A DNA stretch of 64,000 bases, taken from a bacterium. Its GTDB lineage: Bacteria > Hinthialibacterota > Hinthialibacteria > Hinthialibacterales > Hinthialibacteraceae. Location: the NCBI GenBank assembly GCA_963663405.2, contig CAXXSM010000149.1, positions 1 to 64,000 of the forward strand, in the 5' to 3' direction. Shown here piece after piece: positions 38,676-48,183 of the stretch. The notes below the pieces were generated by a model that was not told the DNA's origin, did no database searches, and saw only the letters and a list, made by a program, of their open reading frames with translations. The first letter of the stretch is position 1. The number at the start of each line of letters is the position of its first letter. The translations under genes were made by a program, and so were the position numbers.

Positions 38676-40202
38676 ATGATGAAAAGAGTTTTGCTAGTTG
38701 TTCTTGTGGGGGTGTTATTTATCACTTCTGTCTATGCAGATCGGAGCCAGTACGATCCAACGAAAACACAGTTCGCCCTGCCTTTGTTGATTGACAATCC
38801 GGCGTTAGGGCCGATTGTTGTGGATGGCATCATCCATACAAGCAGGAATCAAGATGACAGTGAAGCCTGGGAGTCCGCGTACCGCTGGACTGTGTCGCCT
38901 GATTCCTCGTTGGATGACGGTGTCGCTTATGGGCATATGTCGCTAGGGGATCCACCGGAAAGCAGTGATGATCTGAGTTTTACGATCTACATCGGATATG
39001 ACAGCAAAAACCTCTATGTGGGTGTGTCAGTCAGCGATTTCGATAATTATGATGACGACGCGGCGGAAGGATCGTACAACGAAGGAAACACCTGGGACGA
39101 CGACAGTGTGGAGATTTTTGTTGATGGCGATAACAGTAATTATCCCGAACGGGATACAACGGGAAGCAATCCTGACGTTGTCGATACCGGTGGACAGTAT
39201 GTAATCACATTTAATAATGCAAGCCGTGACGCGGAAGCGGGCAGTCCCGGATTCGGGCCGGACGCGGCCTGGTACGCGAGGACGGAATTTACAGATGTTG
39301 GTTACGATGCGGAATTCCGGATTTCGTTAAGCGAGATCGGGAATCCCCAGCCGGGTGATATCATTGGCTTTACCGTCGCAGTCAACGATGATGACGACGG
39401 CGGCGCCAGTGAGCGGCAGATGATTTGGGCGGGTGAAACCCACGTCGAAGCAAGTTATGGGAATCTCGTGTTTGGTGGACGTACGATTGTCGCGCCGAAA
39501 GTCTCGACAGCGCCGACGATTGATGGCGTGATAGATCTAAGTGAATATCCCGGCGCGGTTGAACAGATTGTCAATCAGTATACCGGCAATACTTCTACTG
39601 AAGACGACGCATGGGAAGCCGGTGATTTAGAAATGTCGGCATGGGTCGTACACGATGAGGATTATATCTACGTGGCGGTCGATGTGCTGGACGACGCGAT
39701 TGTAAACGATACGGTTTCCACGCCTGGATCAATGGGGGGAAACACCTGGGATGATGATGGAATCGAAATCTATTTTGATTCGGATGAAACAAACCGGCAT
39801 AACTATTTTGGCCCCGCTCATCTGCCCCGGCATGAAGGCAATTACAACACCACCGCGAATAATTCGATCGGCGCCCCTCCGACAGGCCCTGTTTATGGGG
39901 ATGATCCAGACGCTGATTATTATTCCTTAACGACATTGACGGATGACGGTTATCAGTTGGAATTCCGGATCAAGAAACTGGCGTTGACGATTCCCGGCGA
40001 AGATGTGTTGATGGATACGTTTGGATTCAATTTCAGCGCGAACGATGATGACATCGTAGATCCTGACGGGACCACCGGTGACCGGGACGCGCCTGGCGGA
40101 CAATATCACTGGAACGGTACCGCGAATTCCGAACGGAGCTACGGCTTTTTAACATTGTCACCTGAGGAATTCACCGCCGTTCAGGAATGGGCTCTTTATT
40201 AA
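38676..40202 (+). CDS. Secreted tandem CBM9/DOMON-like sugar-binding protein with C-terminal TAVQEWALY motif
   Basis: Signal MMKRVLLVVLVGVLFITSVYA; two repeats of DG....W..A / YD..NLYV.V.V.D / TWDDD.VEIF.D / GY..EFRI / GF....NDDD. Confidence 0.8.
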   Translation: MMKRVLLVVLVGVLFITSVYADRSQYDPTKTQFALPLLIDNPALGPIVVDGIIHTSRNQDDSEAWESAYRWTVSPDSSLDDGVAYGHMSLGDPPESSDDLSFTIYIGYDSKNLYVGVSVSDFDNYDDDAAEGSYNEGNTWDDDSVEIFVDGDNSNYPERDTTGSNPDVVDTGGQYVITFNNASRDAEAGSPGFGPDAAWYARTEFTDVGYDAEFRISLSEIGNPQPGDIIGFTVAVNDDDDGGASERQMIWAGETHVEASYGNLVFGGRTIVAPKVSTAPTIDGVIDLSEYPGAVEQIVNQYTGNTSTEDDAWEAGDLEMSAWVVHDEDYIYVAVDVLDDAIVNDTVSTPGSMGGNTWDDDGIEIYFDSDETNRHNYFGPAHLPRHEGNYNTTANNSIGAPPTGPVYGDDPDADYYSLTTLTDDGYQLEFRIKKLALTIPGEDVLMDTFGFNFSANDDDIVDPDGTTGDRDAPGGQYHWNGTANSERSYGFLTLSPEEFTAVQEWALY

Positions 40203-40324
40203 TGACCGCATGATTGGATAGCCAAACACGGATCACTCTTGTATTAACATCTCGCGTTTTATGTGTGTAATAAACAAGGGATCCGAGGAGACCGTGATGG
40301 ATCTCCATCATGAGAAAACAAAAT

Positions 40325-40364
40325 GAGGTTCGGGCGATGTCCCTCAGAGGCGCGCCCGAACCTC
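40325..40364 (+). promoter_or_regulatory. Strong intergenic hairpin without a U-tract
   Basis: Perfect 12-bp stem gaggttcgggcg/cgcccgaacctc between the CBM9 gene and the pilin-like gene. Confidence 0.55.
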
Positions 40365-40483
40365 CCTCCCCTAACAACCATCAGACTGTTAAACGTGTAC
40401 AACGTAAGGTGAATGAGGACAGTAAGAAAACGCGTATGTTTCAATGGGCGATTCGAAACAACGAAAGGCATGGACGGAACAGA

Positions 40484-41143
40484 ATGGTTTATATGCGATC
40501 AGCGAAAAAGGGATTTACGTTAATTGAATTATTGATAGTGGTGGCGATTATTGGTATATTAGCCGCGATCGCGGTGCCGAATTTTCTAAATGCGCAGATT
40601 CGCGCGAAGATGGCGCGCTGTTTCGCCGATATGCGTTCGGTTGGAAATGGTATCGAACAGCTGCGGCTAGATAAGGGTGTACTGTTAATCGACTGGTGGG
40701 ATGACGATGCGCAATGGGGGCAGGAACGGTTGACGAATATCTTTAATCTTGTCGGCGCCGGGCCGGATTTTGAAGCCCGTGGAAAAGACGCTGTCATGGC
40801 TCCGTTGACCAGTCCGGTGGCGTATTTGTCTTCCATCCCAACCGATCCATTCCAGACCGGGCCGGAATTCAATTATCCTTATTACTATTATTTAGACAAC
40901 GATCCGGAAGGATCGGGTGAAGATCACGATTTCCCGGTTTACCGTATACAATCCGCCAAGCAGTATGGCACTTCACCTCTTCGCGAAGGGGAATGGGCCT
41001 TGGGTGGAATCGGGCCGGATAAAGCGTGGTACGAGACGGTGGGTGGAGATAATGTAAGTGATTTGCGGGGCGTTCATTACGATCCCTCCAATGGGCTGGT
41101 CAGCCGGGGTGATATCATGCTGACATCGCGAGGGATCAATTGA
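40484..41143 (+). CDS. Type IV pilin / GspG-like protein with prepilin N-methylation signal
   Basis: KKG|FTLIELLIVVAIIGILAAIAVPNFLNAQIRAK; PLTSPVAYLSSIPTDPF; GPD; YDPSNGLVSRGDI. Start 40484 or 40493, not 40310. Confidence 0.9.
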   Translation: MVYMRSAKKGFTLIELLIVVAIIGILAAIAVPNFLNAQIRAKMARCFADMRSVGNGIEQLRLDKGVLLIDWWDDDAQWGQERLTNIFNLVGAGPDFEARGKDAVMAPLTSPVAYLSSIPTDPFQTGPEFNYPYYYYLDNDPEGSGEDHDFPVYRIQSAKQYGTSPLREGEWALGGIGPDKAWYETVGGDNVSDLRGVHYDPSNGLVSRGDIMLTSRGIN

Positions 41144-41256
41144 TGAGAACCACCTGCGTTTAGTATGAATTTATCTCTTCCCGTAGACAGCCCACTCCTT
41201 CAAGTCAATTATCTTTTCCCTTTATTGAAAGTGAATATTGTGTTACGTTTGAACGT

Positions 41257-44200
41257 ATGGGTGCGAATTTGTATACCAATGAATGGCATTCAATCCACAT
41301 GATATTCTACTATTCTATAATTTCTAATCGGAAAAGACTCTTCATCTTCTATTTGATATTTGTTGGTGTTTTATCTTGTCACGCAAATTCTTCTTGGCGG
41401 TATTGGAAAGTCACGGATGGATTGAGCGAATCATACTGTCATAGCGTTTCAATCGGTTACAATGGCAGTGTCTGGGTAAATCATGGGATCACAGGTACCA
41501 TGAGCCATATCACAGGATATCCCCTACGGAAAAAAGACGCCGTTTTTAACTTATCCAGTCCAGGGCCCTATGTGAAAGTGCTCCAAGACCATATTGGAAA
41601 TCTATTTTCTGTCTTCATGGGGAATCCTGGGGGATTTCAGCGATATCAACGTGAAACATGGGTGAAATATCCTGTGCAGGATATCCAACTAGTAAATTGG
41701 CTAGTCGCGGCGGATTTTCCATTTATTTCCACGGGCGCAAATACCATCCTTTATCTTTTACCCAAAAAAGTAATGGAATTCGACGCCGTTTCTTTAGAAA
41801 GTCGTATGGTCCTATCGTCAGAACAGACCGGTCTTGGTTCTTTTATCCATCTTACGGAAACATCCCATTACCCAGTCTGGATCACCGCTGAACGAGGCGT
41901 TGTGCGGTTGGAATCAGGAGAATTAAACCAGCTTCCCTATCAATGGAAGACGTATCCCCTCCCCGAATCGATCCAGGTCAAGCGATTACGGGAACCTTAT
42001 ATCGATCATCACGGCGCTTTGTATATCGTAGGAGACAGCGAAAGCAGCGGCGATCGCGTCTTGTTGGAATTTATGGATGGATGTTGGAAAGAGATCTATC
42101 AGAGCGATCGTCTAGAGCGGGGATGGCGGGATGTGGATGGCGTTTTGTGGATCCAAAAAGGCTATGAACGTTTGATGCGAATTCATGACGGGCGGGAACA
42201 TCTAATTGAGAACAAAAACGCTTTGTCCGGACAAATCTATGATATAAAAACACAACCGGATGGTGTCGCATGGATCGCCACTTCGCATGGACTCGCTCGA
42301 TATTCCCCCAGCGTTTGGCGGACTCCTTCCAGCTTGATTGATGTGAAAGACCTTGCGCTCACCATTTATGAAGATCCTGCAGGACGTCTTTGGTGCGCTT
42401 ATCGAAATATATTAGCGTTGAAGGAAAATGGACAGTGGGAAGTCTATCCGTTTGATTCAAGAATGGGTCCGACTTTTCATTTTCAAACCGATACATTGGG
42501 TATGCTAAGAGATGGCCGGCTCGCGATCGGTGTGTTTTGTCCGGATCGTTGTTACTTTTTACCCGAGCGCCGTCAATTCCAACTTGTCCATGAGGATGAG
42601 CGCAATTCGTATCAATATTTGGCTCCCCATCAGGATGGATTGATTTGGTTGGTTGTGCATGATACGAAGCGGGATATACATAGTCTAATGAGTTTTGATG
42701 GGAAACAATACGAGGAAATTATTCCCGACCTGAATTGTTTACAAGCCAATGATGTTAAAGATATCTATCGAGATCAGAAGAACCGGATTTGGATTGGGAC
42801 GACCGCCGAGTTGGCGCTCTATTCTGATGGGCGCTTCCAGCCGCTGGATGCGATGGAAACGTTTCACAACCAGGGGATATTCTGCATCCATGAGATCGAA
42901 CCGGGGACGCTTTGGTTTGGAGGGCGGAATACAATTGTTCAATATAAGGGAAACGAATGGTCAATCGTGCGGAGTGATATGGACGCTGTCCGATCGATGA
43001 TTACCGCTCAGGATGGCAGCATATGGATCGCGTCGCAAAGTGGTCTGCATCGTTTTTATCAAGGGATTTGGACTGTATATACGGATGAAGACGGATTGCC
43101 TGACATTGCCGTATACAACGTTTTTGAAGATCGTGATGGCGTGATCTGGGCGGGAACGAGCCGGGGAATCAGCCGTTATCATCCGGAATCGGACAGGGAT
43201 TGTCCGGATACAAATATTTTTATAGAAGAAAACTTATCAACAACGCCACCGGATGGCCAAGTGCGAATTGTGTTTTCTGGGGTGGATAAATGGAATCAAA
43301 CCCAGCGGGATCACATTCTCTATTCCTACCGGCTTGACCGGCGGCCTTGGTCCACGTATCGCCCAGCGACCTACGCTTCGTTTTCAAACCTAGCTCCTGG
43401 ATCGCATATGTTTGAAGTGCGGGCCATGGATCGGAACCGGAATGTAGATCCCGTACCCGCCTTGTTTGAATTTACGGTTCTACAACCTTGGTATCAGAAA
43501 CTTTCAGTCCAAATTACGTTCTGTGTCTGTATTGGCGCGATTATTATTCTTGCGCGGCTTCTTATCCATCGCCATCTTTGGCTTGAAAAGTTGGTGCAGG
43601 AACGAACCGTTGATTTGATCGCGGCGAATCAACAGTTGCACAAAGACGCAGAGGAATTGAAACAAGCGGAAACCCAACTCCGTTCCATGGCATCAGAATT
43701 AATTCTTTCAGAGGAACGCGAACGGCGCCGGATCGCTTCTGGACTGCACGACCGGATCGGTCATGCGCTGGCGTTCATCAAGATTAAGATTGGACAGTTT
43801 TTATCGACTTTGACTGATGAAGCGGACAAAGAAAACTTACATTCCATTCAGGGTGTGATTGATCATGCGATCAAAGAGACTCATGTATTGACGTTTGAGT
43901 TAAGCCCACCTATTCTGTACGAGTTGGGATTGGAAAAAGCCATTCATTGGCTGGTGAAAGAGTTTCACAAAATGTCGGGTGTGGCGCCTGTATTTGACGA
44001 TGATGGTCTCCGGGCGCCGTTGGAAGAAAATGTGCGTATTTTTCTATTTCAAGCCGTGCGTGAATTGTTGATGAATACTGCGAAACATGCGAAGGCGAAG
44101 CGGGTTGCGGTATCGATTGTTCATTTACCTGAGACGATCGTTATCACGATTGAAGACGACGGTATAGGATTTAGTCCTAGTTCGAATCAAACGCAGGCTC

Positions 44201-44343
44201 ACAAGGGATTTGGATTGTTCAGTATTTCTCAGCGGCTGCAGCATATTGGGGGGGATTGCCGGGTTGAATCGCATGCGCAACAAGGGACGCGTATCGTTTT
44301 GACCGCTCCTATCCGTAGAACGGGGGATTGTTCCGATGGCTGA
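41257..44343 (+). CDS. Sensor histidine kinase with extracytoplasmic beta-propeller and Y_Y_Y domain, HisKA_3 (NarX-type) core
   Basis: DGL....V..I.ED..G.IW.GT..G repeats, NL.PG.H.FEVRAMD, PWY + TM, ERERRRIASGLHD.IGH, ELLMN.AKHA, IEDDGIGF, GFGLFSI.QR, GTRI. Confidence 0.92.
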   Translation: MGANLYTNEWHSIHMIFYYSIISNRKRLFIFYLIFVGVLSCHANSSWRYWKVTDGLSESYCHSVSIGYNGSVWVNHGITGTMSHITGYPLRKKDAVFNLSSPGPYVKVLQDHIGNLFSVFMGNPGGFQRYQRETWVKYPVQDIQLVNWLVAADFPFISTGANTILYLLPKKVMEFDAVSLESRMVLSSEQTGLGSFIHLTETSHYPVWITAERGVVRLESGELNQLPYQWKTYPLPESIQVKRLREPYIDHHGALYIVGDSESSGDRVLLEFMDGCWKEIYQSDRLERGWRDVDGVLWIQKGYERLMRIHDGREHLIENKNALSGQIYDIKTQPDGVAWIATSHGLARYSPSVWRTPSSLIDVKDLALTIYEDPAGRLWCAYRNILALKENGQWEVYPFDSRMGPTFHFQTDTLGMLRDGRLAIGVFCPDRCYFLPERRQFQLVHEDERNSYQYLAPHQDGLIWLVVHDTKRDIHSLMSFDGKQYEEIIPDLNCLQANDVKDIYRDQKNRIWIGTTAELALYSDGRFQPLDAMETFHNQGIFCIHEIEPGTLWFGGRNTIVQYKGNEWSIVRSDMDAVRSMITAQDGSIWIASQSGLHRFYQGIWTVYTDEDGLPDIAVYNVFEDRDGVIWAGTSRGISRYHPESDRDCPDTNIFIEENLSTTPPDGQVRIVFSGVDKWNQTQRDHILYSYRLDRRPWSTYRPATYASFSNLAPGSHMFEVRAMDRNRNVDPVPALFEFTVLQPWYQKLSVQITFCVCIGAIIILARLLIHRHLWLEKLVQERTVDLIAANQQLHKDAEELKQAETQLRSMASELILSEERERRRIASGLHDRIGHALAFIKIKIGQFLSTLTDEADKENLHSIQGVIDHAIKETHVLTFELSPPILYELGLEKAIHWLVKEFHKMSGVAPVFDDDGLRAPLEENVRIFLFQAVRELLMNTAKHAKAKRVAVSIVHLPETIVITIEDDGIGFSPSSNQTQAHKGFGLFSISQRLQHIGGDCRVESHAQQGTRIVLTAPIRRTGDCSDG

Positions 44344-44998
44344 AAACTCAGTTCGTATCATTATTGCGGACGACCATGATATCATTCGTCATGGATTAAG
44401 AATCTTGTTGGATCAGATCGAGGAGTACGATGTGGTGGCGGAGGCGGATAATGGACGCCGCATCTTTCAGCTCGCGCGGGAGACGCAGCCGGATATCATC
44501 ACGATGGATATCACCATGCCGGAACTCAATGGGATCGAAGCGACGCGGCAAATTCTGGCCGAATGTCCAAACATCCAAATCATTGGACTGACTATGCATC
44601 CCAACTTTTTTTTCGCGGAGGAGATGTTTCTGGCGGGGGCGAAAGGGTATGTGCTTAAATCGAATGTCATGGAAGAACTCATCCCCGCTATTCAGACTGT
44701 CTTAAAGGGGGAAACGTATGTCAGTCCATTGATCAAAGATATCGAAACTGATTTTTTCTCTTCATCAACGCCACCGTCTGATAAATTGCTGTTTAAAACA
44801 TTGACCGCGAGAGAGCGGGAAGTTTTACAGCTGATCGCAGAAGGAAAATCAACAAAAGAGATTGCTTCATTAATCCATATCACCACGAAGACAGTAGAAA
44901 AACACCGTCATTTTGTTAAAAAGAAACTGAACATTCATGCAACAGCGGATTTTGTTAAATTCGCGTTGCGAATGGGATTGACCTCATTGGAATGCTGA
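44336..44998 (+). CDS. NarL/LuxR-family response regulator
   Basis: IIADDH..IR.GL, MDITMPELNGIEATR, GAKGYVLK, LTAREREVLQLIAEGKSTKEIA; overlaps the kinase stop. Confidence 0.95.
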   Translation: MAENSVRIIIADDHDIIRHGLRILLDQIEEYDVVAEADNGRRIFQLARETQPDIITMDITMPELNGIEATRQILAECPNIQIIGLTMHPNFFFAEEMFLAGAKGYVLKSNVMEELIPAIQTVLKGETYVSPLIKDIETDFFSSSTPPSDKLLFKTLTAREREVLQLIAEGKSTKEIASLIHITTKTVEKHRHFVKKKLNIHATADFVKFALRMGLTSLEC

Positions 44999-45115
44999 GG
45001 AAATCGCTGATATTGGATGATTGTCAGGTATTATCAATGTGGCGAATGAGGAAAGTGGGCGCATTGTGGATGTAATTCTCCTTTTCGATTCTCCCGGTCA
45101 GCGAGTCTTTTTTAA

Positions 45116-45381
45116 GATTCTTCCGACAAGTGAGTACGTTTCTCAACAATCCATTCACTTTTTGAAGGAAATTTAGAAGCCCAGCGCTGCTATACAGGAT
45201 TCTAATTGTCTGAACCTTGATTCGCTTGATTTTCTTGATTTTAAATCATGGTAATCCTATAATCATTTTAAGACAGCGCCAGCTGGCTGGCTTTTAAATC
45301 ATGGTTCAGACAATTAGGCCATCCTGAACAAAGATCGCAATTCCCCAAAATGATTTTTTGTACTCAATTACCGGATGAACC
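45116..45381. mobile_element. MITE-like element, copy 3
   Basis: Same TIRs as copy 1; flanked by a perfect 8-bp direct repeat ttttttaa (45108-45115 and 45382-45389). Confidence 0.9.
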
Positions 45382-45446
45382 TTTTTTAATATGTGAAGGT
45401 TATCAAAGATGGATATCCAGGAATCCTTTTGTTTACCAGGTGATCC

Positions 45447-46064
45447 TTAATTGTCTATAGATTTTTGTTGTTTCTTTGCGAGTATCGAGACAATCCATTT
45501 TGACAGAATCCAAATCCATGCGTAGATCGTCAGTAATGGATCGATAAGATAATCCAACAAATTCTGTGATTCCAACAATTGTACATGATAAGAGACTATC
45601 GATAAAGAAAGGAATACCACTGCGCCGCGCCGATTCGAAAACCATCCCCAAATTGAAAACAAAAGTAAAGGAATCGCGAGATAGACCGGATGAAATCCAA
45701 GACGATACGGATCGTAGATTGTCCATCCTAAAGCCAATGGATAGTAAAACAAACCGAAAAGCGCCGCTCCATACATGATTACACGAAACGATCGGCTATC
45801 GAGGCTCTTCCACTGCCATAAGTGTTTTGAAATAAAACTGACAAGAAGGAGAGTGGTGAGCGTACTTGGATTTCCTATGTGACCAAAGAGATAATACGCT
45901 AGGGGAGCGCGAGAGAGAGGGATGAAGAGCAGCAGAAATAGTAACGTGGATAGAATCGCGCGCAGCCAGATAGGAGTGTTTCTTTCTTTGAAAAAGACCA
46001 CCGCTATGGCAGTGAGAAGAATATACATCTGCAGGAATGCGAACAAGTTTTGCAGTATTGTCAT
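45447..46064 (-). CDS. Multi-pass membrane protein, hypothetical
   Basis: Several hydrophobic segments; YPLALG...YDPYRLGF, S.NLLDYLIDP; ATGA coupling to the BNR gene at 46061-46064. Confidence 0.75.
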   Translation of the reverse strand: MTILQNLFAFLQMYILLTAIAVVFFKERNTPIWLRAILSTLLFLLLFIPLSRAPLAYYLFGHIGNPSTLTTLLLVSFISKHLWQWKSLDSRSFRVIMYGAALFGLFYYPLALGWTIYDPYRLGFHPVYLAIPLLLFSIWGWFSNRRGAVVFLSLSIVSYHVQLLESQNLLDYLIDPLLTIYAWIWILSKWIVSILAKKQQKSIDN

Positions 46065-47224
46065 GGCAGAGCCTCCAGCCATGACAGATTGAAATGGATA
46101 TGTTTGATCTGCGTCCGTTTCCAGGTATAGACGACGTGAATTGTTCCATCATCCACCTGGATGATGTAAGGATAGGTATGTTTCATATACTCGGAGTTTT
46201 TTACAGGTTGGTGCGGTTCGAATTCGTAGAGGACATCCCATGTGTTTCCTTCATCGTGAGACTGGGCTAAAGACAGATTTTCTCGCCGCCGTTCCGAATT
46301 GTTAAAGACAAGCAGAAGGCGTCCATCCTGCAAACGGATCCCCGAAACGCCTTTATTTGGATTGGGAAGGCTTATATCCACAAGTGGAGACCAATGGAAT
46401 CCCGCATCCTCTGTCCGGCACATTTTGATATGTCGTGGAAAGCCTCCTTCATTCCGGAACAAAGCGATTGAGGTTTGCTCGTTGATGGGAACGCAGGAGG
46501 GTTGAAAGTATGATCGCCCCCATGACATACGGATTTTGTCAACGATTCCACCATGTTCATCCAAGATAAGATACTCGCCAAATTTCCCTACCATTTCGTG
46601 GTAAACTGGAACGCCGATCCATCCGTTTGTATAAAGCAGCGGGGTTCCTTTTACCAGCGTACTGATATTGAAGAATGGAGACGTAACGAGCCGTTTCGCT
46701 GTGGACCAGGTTTCTCCCCCATCCTGGGAACGTACGAAATTGATGGCGCATGTGGACCAACCGCTGATTGAAGTGGTGACGTAAAGCAAGCAGAGATTGT
46801 TTTGCTGATCGTGAAAAAGAAGGGGATTACCGATTTTTTTGATATAACGTTTGACATCGTTTTGAGTTTGCCGCCGGCCGATGAGTGGTTGGGATTCAGA
46901 CCATGCTTGTTGCGATGGATCGTATACCGATGTGTAAAGCGCGACGTCTAAAGCGCCTTCTTCAGTTCCACCATACCAGACGGCGCGGATGGATCCGTTC
47001 TTTGTCTGGGCGATGGACGAACTATGAACCCGTTGAGTTTTTGAATGTTTAGGAAGAAAGGTCTCCAAGTATAGCGGTTTTTCATCCGGCGCGGGATTGC
47101 GTGGTTCATTAATTATAATCCGCAATGGTTCCTGCGATTCATTCCAGGATAAAAGAAAAGGAAGAAAGGTCGTGAGGATGAGTAATGCGAATGCGATATG
47201 TTGATAGTGTCCTCGATTCAGCAT
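46061..47224 (-). CDS. BNR/Asp-box sialidase-fold protein, membrane-anchored
   Basis: Asp boxes S.DGG.TW, T.DAG..W, S.DEG.TW; VWYGG..EG..DV; LPNPN; YPYIIQ..DG.IHVVYTWKR. Confidence 0.85.
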   Translation of the reverse strand: MLNRGHYQHIAFALLILTTFLPFLLSWNESQEPLRIIINEPRNPAPDEKPLYLETFLPKHSKTQRVHSSSIAQTKNGSIRAVWYGGTEEGALDVALYTSVYDPSQQAWSESQPLIGRRQTQNDVKRYIKKIGNPLLFHDQQNNLCLLYVTTSISGWSTCAINFVRSQDGGETWSTAKRLVTSPFFNISTLVKGTPLLYTNGWIGVPVYHEMVGKFGEYLILDEHGGIVDKIRMSWGRSYFQPSCVPINEQTSIALFRNEGGFPRHIKMCRTEDAGFHWSPLVDISLPNPNKGVSGIRLQDGRLLLVFNNSERRRENLSLAQSHDEGNTWDVLYEFEPHQPVKNSEYMKHTYPYIIQVDDGTIHVVYTWKRTQIKHIHFNLSWLEALP

Positions 47225-47242
47225 AGTTATTGTTGAGACAAT

Positions 47243-47947
47243 CTAGGCGTTCAGCGCTTGGGTAGAATCTGTTTTATCTCGTACTTGAATATCATAGATC
47301 TCTGGATTGAAGGGACAGATCAACACCAACAGGAATAGAAAACTGCCGCAGAATTCCATCAATTCTCCGACCTTTGAATGATCGATCGAATAGACACATC
47401 CAGCGAATACGATCAAGCTGATCGCCTGCCTGAATGTGGGGATGGGGATTCCAAATGAATTAATGAAAGCTTTTATATTATCCCGTCTTTTGTATATAGG
47501 CGGAAGAATGAAAAAATAGACAACGATCAATACCGCGAGGATTTTGCCGAAAACAAGTTTGTTGATTTTTGTTCCTCCCACGACTAAATTGTGAAAGTTC
47601 AATTCCTCCTGGGCGTTATGATCGATGAAAAAATCGGGGCTTTGAATATTGAATAACCGCTGGCCCCAGGATATTTCTTCTCCCATACCGAATAAGAAAA
47701 CGCATCCCGCGAAAGTCAATGTCAACAAGAACCGTTTTGATCGAACCTTGCGTAAATAATAGACTCTCCAAAAGCAGAGGAATGATCCAGCAAGCAACGC
47801 GACCGCTGTCAGATATTCAATGCACCCATCTTCTTGGACGAATGATTCAAACACATTGGGCGATACGAACCTGAGAATGATACCTGTGATTGGAAAGAGT
47901 ACTATACAGGCAAGATAAGCAATTTCAAAAACAGTTCTTCGATACAT
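47243..47947 (-). CDS. Multi-pass membrane protein, hypothetical
   Basis: ED G..E.LTA, GEEISWGQR, N.QEELN.HNL motifs; about six TM segments. Confidence 0.8.
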   Translation of the reverse strand: MYRRTVFEIAYLACIVLFPITGIILRFVSPNVFESFVQEDGCIEYLTAVALLAGSFLCFWRVYYLRKVRSKRFLLTLTFAGCVFLFGMGEEISWGQRLFNIQSPDFFIDHNAQEELNFHNLVVGGTKINKLVFGKILAVLIVVYFFILPPIYKRRDNIKAFINSFGIPIPTFRQAISLIVFAGCVYSIDHSKVGELMEFCGSFLFLLVLICPFNPEIYDIQVRDKTDSTQALNA

Positions 47948-48183
47948 TGAGTAAATGCGTTCTCCGAATAAATCCTTTTTTACTGTATTAGAAAAAGGAT
48001 ATCTAAAAAAGAGTGACCTGCGCGAATTATCAAATAGCGCATTATTATCTATTTTTTGTCCTATCAGGATATTCTAAATTGGATAATAATAAAGGTTTAT
48101 TCGGAAAGTATGCGGCTTGAGGATAGAAGGAAGGATATGAATCGTAAAACGCATCGTTTCGTTCTTAAGTATCGATCATCGTT

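Noticed and set aside
40173-40202. C-terminal motif as a BAM beta-signal, T9SS CTD or PEP-CTERM
   Set aside because: The proteins are not beta-barrels, the motif is far shorter than a T9SS CTD, and it has no TM helix or basic tail. It is kept as a candidate new signal instead.
40310-40483. Long N-terminal extensions on the pilin ORFs (also 63145-63330)
   Set aside because: Prepilin leaders are short, downstream ATGs fit better (with a clear RBS at 63331), and the extensions overlap RNA hairpins.
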